From: Lama glama
Lineage: Eukaryota
Direction of reading: 5' to 3'
Assembly: GCA_028534125.1 (NCBI GenBank)
Contig: CM052817.1
Location: forward strand, 87,794,001 to 87,858,000
DNA length: 64,000 bases
A program made the position numbers and the translations under genes. The notes below the pieces were generated by a model. The model ran no database searches. It was given only the letters and a program-made list of their open reading frames with translations, and was not told the origin of the DNA. Of the stretch, positions 52,500 through 64,000 are shown piece by piece. How positions within the stretch are numbered: position 1 is the first letter of the stretch; each line of letters opens with the position of its first letter.

Positions 52500-53307
52500 T
52501 TTTTATTGAAGTATAATTGATTTACTTGTGTTAGTTTCAGTTGTACAGTAAAGTGATTGTCATATATATATATATATATATATTCTTTTTTCAGATTATT
52601 TTCCGTTATAGGTTATTACAAGATATTGAATATAGTCCCAGTAGGTCCTTGTTGTTTACCTATTTTATATATAATGGTGTGTATAAATTAATTCACAAAT
52701 CCTAATTTATCCCTCTCCCACACCTCTCCCCTTTGGTAACCATAATTTTGTTTTCTATGTCTGTGAGTCTATTTCTGATTTGTGAGTAAGTTCATTTTTT
52801 ATCATTGTAGATTCCGTATATAGGTGATATCATATGATAGTTCTCTTTCTTTGTCTGACTTCACTTAATATGATAATCTCTAGGTTCATCCATGTTTCTG
52901 CAGGTGGCATGATTCATTCTTTTTTATGGCTGAGTAATATTCCATTGTGTATTTATACCACATCTTCTTTATCCATTCACCTGTTGATGGACATTTAGGT
53001 TGATTCTGTGTCTTGACTATTGTAAATAGTGCTGCTATGAACAATGGGGTGCATGTTTTTTCAAATTAGAGTTTTCTCCAAATATATGCCCAGGAGTGGA
53101 ATTGCTGGATCATATGGTAACTCTGTTTAGTGTTTTAAGGAACATCCATACTGTCCCCCATAATAGCTGCACCAATTTGCTGTCCCACCAATGGTGTAGA
53201 AGGGTTCCTTTTTCTTCACACCTTCTTTAACATTCCTTATTTGTAGACTTTTAAATGATGGCCATTCTGACTGGTGTGAGGTGATACTTCATTGTAGTTT
53301 TGATTTG
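52500..53307 (-). mobile_element. 5'-truncated cetartiodactyl-type LINE-1 3' end
   Basis: ttttattgaagtataattgattta...tatatgcccaggagtggaattgctggatcatatggtaac...ggccattctgactggtgtgaggtgatac; near-TSD tacacttcatgtt (52487-52499) / tatactttatgtt (53308-53320). Confidence 0.9.
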
Positions 53308-54124
53308 TATACTTTATGTTCATAGTTTTATTTAAATATACCTGTGGCTTTCTACAGGATAACTGCCTGTTATAAATGCTGCAAATATTGGCTTTTGGTT
53401 TGTCATTTGTCTTTAATTTTTTTATAATATATTTTGATATAAAGAACATTTGAAGAAAATTTAAATTTTGATGCTTTGAAATTCATCAACACTTTTTTTG
53501 TATCCTTTTTCTTTCCTTAAGCAGAGTTTCCTACTAGAATTTTTAATACTCTTTTATATTTTTGTAATAATTTTAAAACTTGTTTTACAATGTGATTTGG
53601 AACCATTTGAATTTTTTTGCCTGTACGTTTTGAGATTGGAATTTTATTTTCACATTACTATTTATGAACAAGCCTATCTTTTGTGTACTTCATTTAAACT
53701 GCCACATCTGCACAAGTCCATGAACCTCTTTCAGAATTTTGATCTATGTCTTTCTCTCTGCCAAGTCATGCTGTTTAAATTGCTATACATTTCAATATAT
53801 TTTGATATTTGGTATGATAATTTCCTACCCTTATTTCTGTTATTTTTTTTTTCCTTTCTAGAGTTGTGCATTAAACTTTTATACAACTTTCACAATCAGT
53901 GTTTTGGCTTCCATTAATAATCTCTTTGAAATTTTAATTGGACTGGAACTGAATTTATATGTTAGTGAGATTTAAAGTATTTACAATATAATGAATATCA
54001 TATACCTCTGCAACCTTGCAGCTCTTTAAAAATCTTATCAATAAACTCACAGTTTTATTTATAATGCTTTATATATTTTGTTTGTTTTATTGCTAGATAG
54101 TTTATATTTTGATTTCACTTAAAT

Positions 54125-54980
54125 AGTCATTCACTCCTTCACTTACTAAACAAATATTTACTGAGTGCCTGCTGTGTGTTAGGCACTTTTTAAGGTGGTG
54201 GAACTATAACTGTGGGAATCAAAACAAAAAGCAAAAGCAAAACAAGCAAAAACCTTCGACTCACAGAGCTTGTTCTAACAAGGAAAACACAGGTAATAAA
54301 CAATCAAGGAAAGATATAACATGTTGTATAGTTTTAACTGCTGTGGAGAAAAATATAGCTGGGTATGGTAAATAACGAAAGTACAGATGAGGGCTTGGGA
54401 TTGCAATTGCGATAGAGTAATGAGGGAAATCTTTAATGATATTGGAGCAAGGAACTGAAGTGAGAAATTGAACTATGCAGGCATCTGAAGGACAAAATTT
54501 CTAGAAAGAAGGAGCAGCAAGTGTAAAGCCTCTGAAGCAGAAAAATGCTTGGCTTGTCTGAAGAATAGCAGGTTTCTTTAGAGCCTGCAGTGGATTACAG
54601 GAAGGAGAGAGGCAAAGGAGATGAGATCAGAGAAGAAATTGTTGTCCATATTATAAAAGAAATTCTTAGAAAATTTAAGGATCTGGAATTTGGTCTAAAT
54701 AAATCAAAGGATATTTTGAGCTAATTTATCTTTTAAAAGAATAGCTGACTTCTTTGTTGAGAATAAAATAAAGAAGCACAAGAGTCAAAGGAGAGAAACC
54801 AGTAAGGAGGCTATGGAATTAATACTGGTGATTAGTTACACTATCCTGGATCAGGGTGGTGACAGTGAAGGTGGTGAGAAGTGGGTTTAATTGTGTATCT
54901 ATTAATGAAATGTAGTAGAGTATGGAAGAAAGAAGTCAAGAGTAGCTTCAGATTTGTTAGCTTGAACAACTAGATGATAT
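54125..54980 (-). mobile_element. LINE-2 (L2a-like) 3' part
   Basis: aacaaatatttactgagtgcctgctgtgtgttaggcact...ggagatgagatcagaga...ggatcagggtggtgacagtgaaggtggtgagaagtgg. Confidence 0.85.
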
Positions 54981-54989
54981 AACTAAGAA

Positions 54990-55235
54990 CTTCCATAGCA
55001 CTTACCAGTGAGAAATTGTGTTAGTCTCTTGCTGTAAACCAACTCGTTCATTACTCATAAGAACCTCACAAGGTAGATGCTAATATTATTATTACCCCTA
55101 TTTTGCAGATGAAGACTTCAAGGCAGGGAGATGTTAAATAACTTGTTTGAAGTTATCTGGTAGTAAATGGAAAAGATGACGTTTGAAACCTGGCGTCCTT
55201 GCTCCAGACTTAAGCGATTGTTTTTAACTACTACA
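54990..55235 (-). mobile_element. MIR
   Basis: ctcataagaacctcacaaggtagatgc...attacccctattttgcagatgaagacttcaaggcagggagatgttaaataacttg. Confidence 0.85.
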
Positions 55236-56739
55236 CTAGTTTGCTGAGCCTAATGAACTTGATTCTCCCTTTTAAATCTTTATATCTCTCATTTCTTTTT
55301 CTTGTCTCTTTGCATTAGCTAAGAACACAAGTACAATATAAAAACAGAGCTGAGAATAGGCATTCTTTATGTGTAATGCTTATAATGCTTTTTTTAATCA
55401 ATTTAAGGAAGTTCACATTTATTTTCCATTCACAGTGATTAATGTGATGAACTGGTAATGAATTTTGTCAATTTTTACCATCTATAAAGTTGATCATATG
55501 TATTTTCTCCTTTAATATATTAATTTAGTAAATTACAATTACAGTTTTTTAATGCTGATATACCTGACTACATGGGGCTTATCTTAGTCACAAAATATTA
55601 TCCTTTAACATCCTATATATTATTATATCCTATATTTGCTATGTTATTTAGGATGTCTGCCTCATTTTGCAATTATAAGATTGTCTTTTAATATCATCCT
55701 TATCACTATCTTTTCCTAAAATACATATTCCTTGAAGTTTTGCCATAGTTCATCTCCAGATCAGCCTGGGTCTGGTGTCCATTTAGGATGTTGTCACTTA
55801 CTATACAGTTCAATGTTTTTAGTTATAATTATTTTAGTAAAATTTCCATTTGTCTTAGATAAATTTTCTTACATCTATAATTTTATAGAAAAGATTATTT
55901 TATTTGTGTGTTCCAATTTATTTTATAAAATTATTTATAATGTTCTCATAAAAATTGTCTACTCTATCCATAGTTAGGCAGATTTTTTTAATTTTCTGAA
56001 TGCAATTAGTACCTACCATGAGTTGTAAGACTGATTTTTAGTCCCCATAATTGTTCTGAAGTATTTCTTAAATGTTATTTTCATTTTTTTAAAATTATGT
56101 TTCACTTTTAAAAAAGTGATGACATTTTCTTTCTGGCCCACTTGATGATCGTTATTAAATTTTATATGTACAACACAGATGGCATTATCAGCACTTGCCT
56201 TGAGTCAGTGTTACTTCTGCTCTAACATCTAGGAAGGCAGCTCCCTGCCTGGTCTCACAGGAGCATGGTAACTGACCAAATGAACACTTTGTTTTCCTGA
56301 TTGCATATTCCTTTTATGCACAAACCTAAATTTCTGCCTCTTGTAAAACCTATACTTTCATTTTGTTTTAGCACAGGTATATATTCACAAATTTGTTTTT
56401 AGAGCCTGTGCATCAACTCTGGAGTTAGGTTTAATTATGCCCTCTCTGCTATGCTGTTTTGGAAGTCAATGAACAGCAGTCATTAATCCATAAAATTACA
56501 CGCTATTTTTCCCTTAGTACCTCAGTATAACTTTGTGCCTAATCCTTATCATTTTCACAATCTGAAAATTTTTCTAAATATTTTTAAACCCTTAGGGATT
56601 ACTCAGTTTATGCTGGTGGCATGTTGTTGTACTGTATAACCCATAACAGTAATCACAATAATCATAAGATTGGTAATGATTAGTATTTTTAAGGTTGGCA
56701 GTTATGATTTTGAGGTATATGGCAAGTACAGGATACATT

Positions 56740-57275
56740 TAAATTTATGGGATTAGCTATCTATTCATTCTAACTCTTGTTATGACTGCTCCCTCCAACG
56801 ATAAGCATTGCCTAAGAATGGTCATGTTTACTATGTCAACCTACTGCCACCACAGTTGATTAGTTTTAGAATGGTGCCTGATTTCAGCCAGGCTAATCAC
56901 ATTTCTCTTGCCTTTGTCATGGTTGATTGATCTAGGGTTCGACACTTGTCTTAAAATAGTTTAGAGAGATCCTTAAAGATTTTAAGCTTTAAATCATGTT
57001 TTGAAACTCTCTCTTTCTCCTGGTAAAACAAAAGATATCCATATTTATATTTTTATCAAAGTAGATTGAGGAATAAGGGAAATCAGTGTGAAAAGAAACA
57101 ATAAATCAGATACACAGAAAAGCAGAAAGGAGACAAGGAAATGGATGTTCTCAAATATTTAAATATCTGATTGAACAGTATCCCTGATTTTCCCAAACTT
57201 AGCTCTGCAAGATATCTAATGATTTTGGTTTAATAATGATTTCTATCACTTGCAAACCAAACAAACCAAAATAAT
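56740..57275 (+). mobile_element. Old ERVL LTR (LTR33/LTR16-like)
   Basis: gccaccacagttgattag...agccaggctaatcacatttctcttgcc...catggttgattgatctagggt; end gatttctatcacttgcaaacc. Confidence 0.55.
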
Positions 57276-57954
57276 AGTTAACCTATCTCTTCTAGTTATT
57301 TTAAATTAGAGTTTATCTAATTGCCTTTATTTATATTGTCTAGCATGTGTCAAGAAATTTTGTGTCTGGTATTGAATTTCACTATAATACATCTGAAGAC
57401 ATTTTAAGTTAAAACAGGAAGCCTGGCTTAAATCAGGTCATTTGTGATGCTTCTAATAAAAATAATTCAACAAAGTTGATAATTAGGTGATTGGACCATT
57501 TAAGAACTGCTAAGTTTGCTTATCTACACATAACGACAGTGATCTGAAATCATAATGTACTCTTCTGACTGGTAGCTACAGAGTTTCTCTGAGCATTAAT
57601 TGCAAATTCCCTTATAATTTCAGAATTGTCAAAATGTGAAGGAAAAAGACCTCTGTTTATGCTTGTGAAAATGTGTTAGTCTTTTACAGTGACCAGGAAA
57701 CATTTCTACACTCAAGACCAAGTAACAGATTTAGGCTAACTTGTAATAAGATTAATTTGCGAAATCAACAAATATCATAGCTATAAAGCCCTAATGACAG
57801 TAAAACAGTGTGTTTTCTCAAGTGAATATGAAATGAAAAGAGAAACGTATACTTTTTAAATAGTTTTTCCCTTTTTGAAATTTAGTTGTACTTCAAATTA
57901 TTTAAAATTTAAATTATCAGTCTCTTTTTAGCTGGCAGTTCTTTTTCCTCTCAG

Positions 57955-58035
57955 GAATTCAGCTAGTTAAGCACATCAAACCAGTAGTCTTTGTTCTTCA
58001 ATCAGAATTAATCATTGCACATGCTGCAGAGGTGG
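57955..58035 (+). other. Candidate 81-nt internal exon
   Basis: ttctttttcctctcag| acceptor and TGG|gtaagt donor; one open frame (G)IQLVKHIKPVVFVLQSELIIAHAAEV; protein not recognised. Confidence 0.3.
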
Positions 58036-60169
58036 GTAAGTGGCCAATTGTAAAGCTATATATAACCCTCACTTTCTTTGCTTCATTTTGTTCTGTCTCC
58101 CACAACTTTTAATTAGCTCCTTCAGTTTCAGGGTTTCTGTATTTCTTCCACTTTTTTATTACTTGATATTCTTTTATATTTATTCTGTATGGTTAGCAGT
58201 ACACATTTATGAAGCTGACATTAGGTAAAGGTAATGAGAGAGATGGATAATGCCATAATTGGTTTTAAAACACTTTGGAGGGATTAGTGGATTTAATTTT
58301 ATTTAGTTAATAAAACAAACTGTTTTCTATGCCATAATTTGCACAATATTTTGAAAGTTTCATATGTGAAATTGTTTTCTAAAGAATACTTAAATTTAAG
58401 TGGCAATATTTAAAATATAGAATGAATTTGTTGATGATTTCTATAAAATTATTTTAATATTAACCAGGCATCACTTGAATTCTTAATAAATGTATTTATG
58501 AACTCACAATATTTAAATAAACTTTAAATAATTTTAGCACATCGAATTCATAATAAACTAACAGTAAGAGATATTTTGTAATTTATTTGAGCTTTAATAG
58601 TCGAAGGGTATGTCTGAAAACTGAAATTGTTGATATCAGTTGTATATAAATTGATAAATTATCTATATTTAACATGAACAGTTTGTTCAGACCGTCTTTA
58701 AATATTTAAAGTTCAGACCTTCTTTAAATCTAAAAATTATTTTTGCCTGAAATTTTAAGACATGTTAATGAACTTTTATTTTAATAAGATTTTAATTAAT
58801 TTAATTTTAATACATATGTGATTTCTATTTTTTCATATTAAGAGTCATTGCCCCTGAGTCTCCTTGCCAATAATTTTATAGTAATTTTTAAAAGGCATAT
58901 TTTGAGTAGAGAATATAGTAGATTTATTGTCCAATATATAATTTAGTTATAAGAGCAAGAAAATGAAAAAATTCGTAAGTAAATCTTGGCTTTCTAGCAA
59001 GGATGACTGAAGAGTGATATTTGAGTTAAGAGATAAGAAAGTGAGAAAGTAAGGGTTCATAGAGAGTAGATTCGGTTTTTAGATGACAGCGTTTTATCTA
59101 CATAGAAATATCCAGCTAGAAGTTAGAAATCTAAATCTTCATCTAAGTGTAAAGTTCAGTGCCAAGAAAAGGTTAAAAAGGCAACTACTCAAACACTGTC
59201 CCTATGCGGGGTTTTCAGCTCTGTGCCTTGGGGTCTCCTTCACTGGCAACCAACTTGGCCTAAATTTTTATTTCTTGAGCCTGCACTCACTGGAAATGAT
59301 TTTTGATGTCTCTTTCATACAGACATTTTCAGCTAGAGGTCCTTGAAGTTTCATTTGTACATGTGGTTCAGTGTGACTCTTAACAGATGTCTTCTCTCAC
59401 TTCACTTTCCCACCCATCCACATGGGAAATAATCAGAAACATATCAGATAAAGTTTCATCTACCCACCTCTGATATATACCAAGAACTTAGAATACAGCA
59501 GGCCTCAGAATATTTTAGGCAAGAAAAAAATAAAGCCAGTATGTAGTGTGATTTAGAAAGTAGTCAAGAAAGAGAGGGTAACAACAATGGTCCAAGTAGA
59601 GGCGATGGTAGATGGAAATAATTGTGCAGACAGAGGGAGGCAGTGGCAAAGAATAAGGACATCTGAAAGAGAGAGGTTTTACATTCATATGCCATGTTTT
59701 TAAATTTGTAAACACCTAATATTTTTTAAATTTATCAACTTTTCCCTTGTGGGTTCCCTTGGATTAAAAACAAGGTGAACATCCAACATTTTAATTTCCA
59801 TTTTATTTGTATATTTTGCCTCAAACTCTCATCCTGTAGGTATTTAATCTGGAAGCAAACCTTCATGTTTTAGCTTCCTTAAATATGCTTCCATATATTT
59901 TTTAAAACCTCAGAAATGACTGTTTCTCTACTTAATATTTTCTTTTATTAGTACTAAGGGAGAGGAAAATTAATTAAAGACAGAAGTAGTTTAGCACACA
60001 ATATGTGGGTGAGAAGTAATTGTTATTAAATTTTCCAAGTAGAAGCAAGGGAAAAATACTAATGTTTTCTGATTTTAAAGGTACATATAAATGCTAAAAT
60101 TATCAAATCAATGAAGAAATAAATTTAAGAATATTTAAAACATTTTGTATTTCACAAATCAGGTAGCTT

Positions 60170-62370
60170 ATTTTTTAGTTGACTTTACTTTTTACAGCAT
60201 TAACAGTTTTACAGAAAAATTGCACAGCAAGTAGTGAGTTTCCAGATGCCTCCTCTACCCCAAACACTCAAAGTTCCCCCAGATTAACATCTTGCATTAG
60301 TGGGGAACATTTGTTACAAACTTTGAACCAATATTGATACACTGTTATTAACTGAAGTACATAGTTTATATTAGGGTTTACTCTTTGTGTTGTACAGTTC
60401 TATGGGCTTTGTAAGTGAATCATTATGTTTCCATCATTAAGGTGTCATAGAGCATAGTTTCACCACTGTAAAATCCTCTGTGTGTCACCTGTTCATTCCT
60501 CTCTCCCTCCCCTTAAGCCCCTGGCAACCACTGATCTTTGTACTAACTCTACAGTTCCACCTTTCCAGAATGTTATATTGTTGGAATCACACAATATATA
60601 GTGTTTTCAGACTGGCTGCTTTCAATTAGTAACATGCATTTCGGTTTTCCCATGTCTTTTCATAGATTATTAGATTTTTTTTATATTGCTGAATAATACT
60701 GCATTGAATGCATGTACCATAGTTTTTTTTTTTTTATTCACCTATTGAAGAATTTCTTGGTTGCTTCCAGTTATTGGCAGTTATGAATAAAACTTCTAGA
60801 AATATTTGTATCCAGGTTTTTGTGTGAAGATAACTTTTTAACTCAACTGAGTAAATGAATGAAACATATGGTAAGACTGTGGTTAGCTTTATAAGGAACT
60901 ATCAAACTGTCTTCCAGAGTGGTTGTTCCATTTTACATTGTCACCAGCACTAAGTGAAAATTCTTATTGCTCTGTATCCTTGACAGAATTTGATGTCTTC
61001 AATGACATCACTGAATTTTTACCACTCAAATAGTTATGTAGTGATATCTTGTTTTAATTTACAATTCCATAATGACATGATGTTGAACACCTTTTCATAT
61101 GCATATTGCTGCTGCCTGAGTGTCTTCTTTGGTGAGGTGTTTGTTCAGATCTTGTGCCCATTTTTAAACTGGGTTTCTTATTTTCTTATTATTGAGGTTT
61201 AAACGTTCTTTGTGTATTTTGGATACCAGTCCTTTACCAGATATGTGTTTTGTAGAGATTTTCCTTTTTCTGTTGCTTAATTTTTCATTTTCTTAACATT
61301 ATTTTCACAGAGTAGAAATTTTGAATTTTATTGAAGTCTAAAATTTCAATTATTAAAGAAATAATTTTGGTGTTTCATTTAAAGAGTTGTTTGAAATCCA
61401 AAGTCACCTTGATATATTCCTAATTATCTTCCAAAAGTTCTACACTTTTGTATTTGCATTTAGGTCTATGATCCACAGGAAGTTAGCTTTTTTGCAAAAG
61501 GGGCAAGTTCTGTGTCTAGATTTATTTACTTTTCTTTTTATGAACTAGATTTTAGTTGTTCCAGTATCATTTATTGAAAGGCTACCTCCTACTCATTGAA
61601 TTACTTTTGCTCTTTGTCTGAGATTAGTTGAATATATATATGTGGCTCTATTTCTGGCATCTCTATTCTGTTTCATTTATTTGTCTATTCTTTCACTAAT
61701 ATATCATTTTGATGTAGTTTTATAGTAGGTCTTGAAGTTGAGTAGTGTCACTCTGCTGACTTTTTATTCTTCAACATTGTGTTTCCAATTCTGGCCTTTT
61801 TTCCATAAAAAAGTTATAATCATTTTTGTTGCTATCCACTGAGGTTTTCATTGGGATTCCATTAAATCTATAGATCAGTGAGGAAAAAACTGATGCATAA
61901 TAATACTGACTCTTCTTATCCATTAACATGGAATATCTCTTTATTCATTTAGATCACCTTTAATTTCTTTCATTGGAGTTTTGCAGTTTTCCTTGTACAT
62001 ATTTTGTTAGATTTATACCTGAGTATTTCCTTTAGTTTGGTTCCAAGGTAAATAGTACTTTATTTTAAATTTCAAAACATATTAACCTAGTATTCTGTAA
62101 TCTTGCTGTAATCCCTTATTAGCTCTAGGAGTTCTTTTTGGGCTATTCATTGGGGTTTTCTAGTGAGACAATCTTTTATCTGTGAATGAAGACTGTTTAA
62201 TTTCTTCTTTCTCAGTGTGTACTTTTACTTCCTTGTCTTATTGCATTGACTAGGATTTCCAGTATTATACAAAACTGGAGTGGAATAAAGGACATTTTTG
62301 CTTTCTTTCCAGTTTTATGGGGAAAGCATCTAGTTTCTCACCATTAAGAACGATGTTAGCTAGAGGTTTC
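60170..62370 (-). mobile_element. L1MC(2)-like LINE-1, ~2.2 kb 3' portion
   Basis: ttaacatcttgcattagtgggg...gaaccaatattgatacactgttattaactgaagtacatagtttatattagggtttactctttgtgttgtacagttctatggg; antisense ORF2 to ggaaagcatctagtttctcaccattaag. Confidence 0.9.
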
Positions 62371-62822
62371 TATTTTCCTCTTTTTTATACCTTCTCTTGC
62401 TTTACCTGAGCATTTTTTATTATTCCAATTTAACTCATCAACTGACATTATTTAGACTTCTTTTTTAAATAGAAATAGTTTTTAGGTACTAGAAATATGT
62501 TAGTACTATAACAGAAAAAAATTTTAAATGTTAGAATAAAAGTTAAAATCATGCAAAACTTATATTAAAAACTCACAATCTCTTCACCTCCAAAGAAGAA
62601 TAAACTTTGAAAAAGACATAAATAAAAGCAATATGATAAAAATGTGCTTCTCAGACATGGTTTCTCAGATATGTAAAGGATCTTAGACAATCTCTAAGAT
62701 GTAAAAAAGTAGTAAAATGATCACCATGAAACATTGCATGATTCATTTATTCAGATTTCCCAGAGAACTTTGAAAATTAGCTGAAGTAATCTATTATCTC
62801 TATATGTCACTTTGGAACCAAA

Positions 62823-63260
62823 TGTATTATTTTGAGTATAGCTTAAGCTGCCTTAACAAAGAATTTCAAAACATGCATTTTAAATAGGACAGACATTTAT
62901 CTTTATTCTCACATAGCAGTTCAGACGAGAGGAAGCTGTAGCTTCATCAGTTCATTAAGGGTCTCAATCTTTCAATCTTATTTCACATTCATTATTAGTG
63001 CTGCCCATGTCTACACAGTCACACCTTTTGTCACCACCACATATCGATTCCAGGTTCAGGGCAAATAACCTAAGAGTGAGTTACTTTACTTCTACTTGTA
63101 TTTCACTAGCAAGAACTTTACTTCTACTTATATTTCACTAGCAAGAACTTAATACTTAGTTGCAAAGGGAGACTGGGAAATAAGGTATTTAGCTAGGAAG
63201 TCATGTGCACAACAAAGACTCACAAGCAGAGGATGGGGAGTATCCATCAGAAAATAAAAA
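62823..63260 (-). mobile_element. MLT1 (J/K-like) MaLR LTR
   Basis: gctgccttaacaaa...catttatctttattctcacatagcag...cttagttgcaaagggagactgggaaataaggtatttagctagg. Confidence 0.7.
63083..63150. repeat. 32-bp tandem duplication
   Basis: actttacttctacttgtatttcactagcaaga / actttacttctacttatatttcactagcaaga (1 mismatch). Confidence 0.9.
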
Positions 63261-64000
63261 TAAGAGGATGGTAGAATAAATCCAATTCTCACACCAAACA
63301 TTTAATTTTAAAAATGAATCTATCTTTGTATGTATGTTGGTGTCTGTTTTAATAATAGAAAAACAGTAGAATTTTATCAGTTGCAGGTGTTGAAAGATTA
63401 AATAAGTGAATATTACTTAGGGGTAAAGATTAAACTTTGAAGTACTAAATTATATTATATTCAAGTTTTCTATAAAGTGTAAGTCATATATATGATTTCT
63501 ATATATTAATATTAAATTATGTATATTTTAATTATTTCCATTATATATGTAAGCACTATAGCCAGGTATTGAAAAACAGTAGTAGAAATATTAGTATTAC
63601 TGAAACTATAAAAATATGGGCAGCATTTATAATTCCTGCAGGTAGTACTCAGCAAGATTGACTAAGGCATGACTTATTTATTTTCTGTAAAGTAGATAAG
63701 GACTTCTGGCAAACTGGAAATTGAATATCAAATCTCTAAAATAAAACCTAATTATACAGAGCAATTTTATTTTTTTCTCACTGTGAAATTATCTCGGTTT
63801 ATTTAAGCTTGTAACTTTAGCAAAGATTATAGCTAAAAATACTAGAAGGAATATATATATATATATAGTATACATAAATAAAACATATATATAAAATTCT
63901 GTACATATGTGTACATTCACACATTTGCAGACAAAATATCTGAATTAATTTATTCTAGGATAGGTAAATGTGGCAAAGAGCACTTAGAAGACTTAATGAG

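Larger units (their letters stand above)
53330..55800 (-). mobile_element. Very old L1 (L1ME-like) ORF2 remnants, interrupted by L2 and MIR sequence
   Basis: gaaattttaattggactggaactgaatttata; tttcttgtctctttgcattagctaagaacacaagtacaat; gaataggcattcttt. Confidence 0.55.

Noticed and set aside
53498..53917. 139-aa hydrophobic ORF (also 9537-9902 and 39440-40108)
   Set aside because: T-rich antisense L1 sequence gives F/L/I-rich pseudo-membrane ORFs
1..64000. CRISPR arrays, operons, rRNA/snRNA genes, NUMTs
   Set aside because: Mammalian repeat landscape; no repeat-spacer arrays or recognisable such sequences seen

Overview
AT-rich, repeat-dense eutherian genomic DNA, most likely from a camelid: it has a vic-1-type tRNA-derived SINE at ~19972 and cetartiodactyl-type LINE-1 3' ends, and I saw no Alu, Bov-A/BovB or PRE1. 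I could not identify a protein-coding gene. Nearly all listed ORFs are LINE-1/LTR remnants, their antisense frames, chance AT-rich ORFs or artefacts of two 500-N gaps (23710-24209, 51971-52470). The one clearly functional-looking element is a small CpG-island promoter at ~13350-13660. It has ZNF143- and NRF1-type motifs, a 10-bp GC-box tandem array and a minus-strand splice donor. Three solo ERV1-class LTRs lie within 3.1 kb of it, one MER41-like with an intact GAS (STAT) site. The rest is nested fossil transposons (L1, L2, MIR, ERVL, MLT1, MER34, MER68, MER102, Charlie) and a few weak exon-like segments. I see no convincing new biological system; the best lead is possible LTR-driven rewiring of an unidentified promoter. 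Repeat subfamily names come from recalled consensus similarity, not a database search, and most boundaries are approximate.
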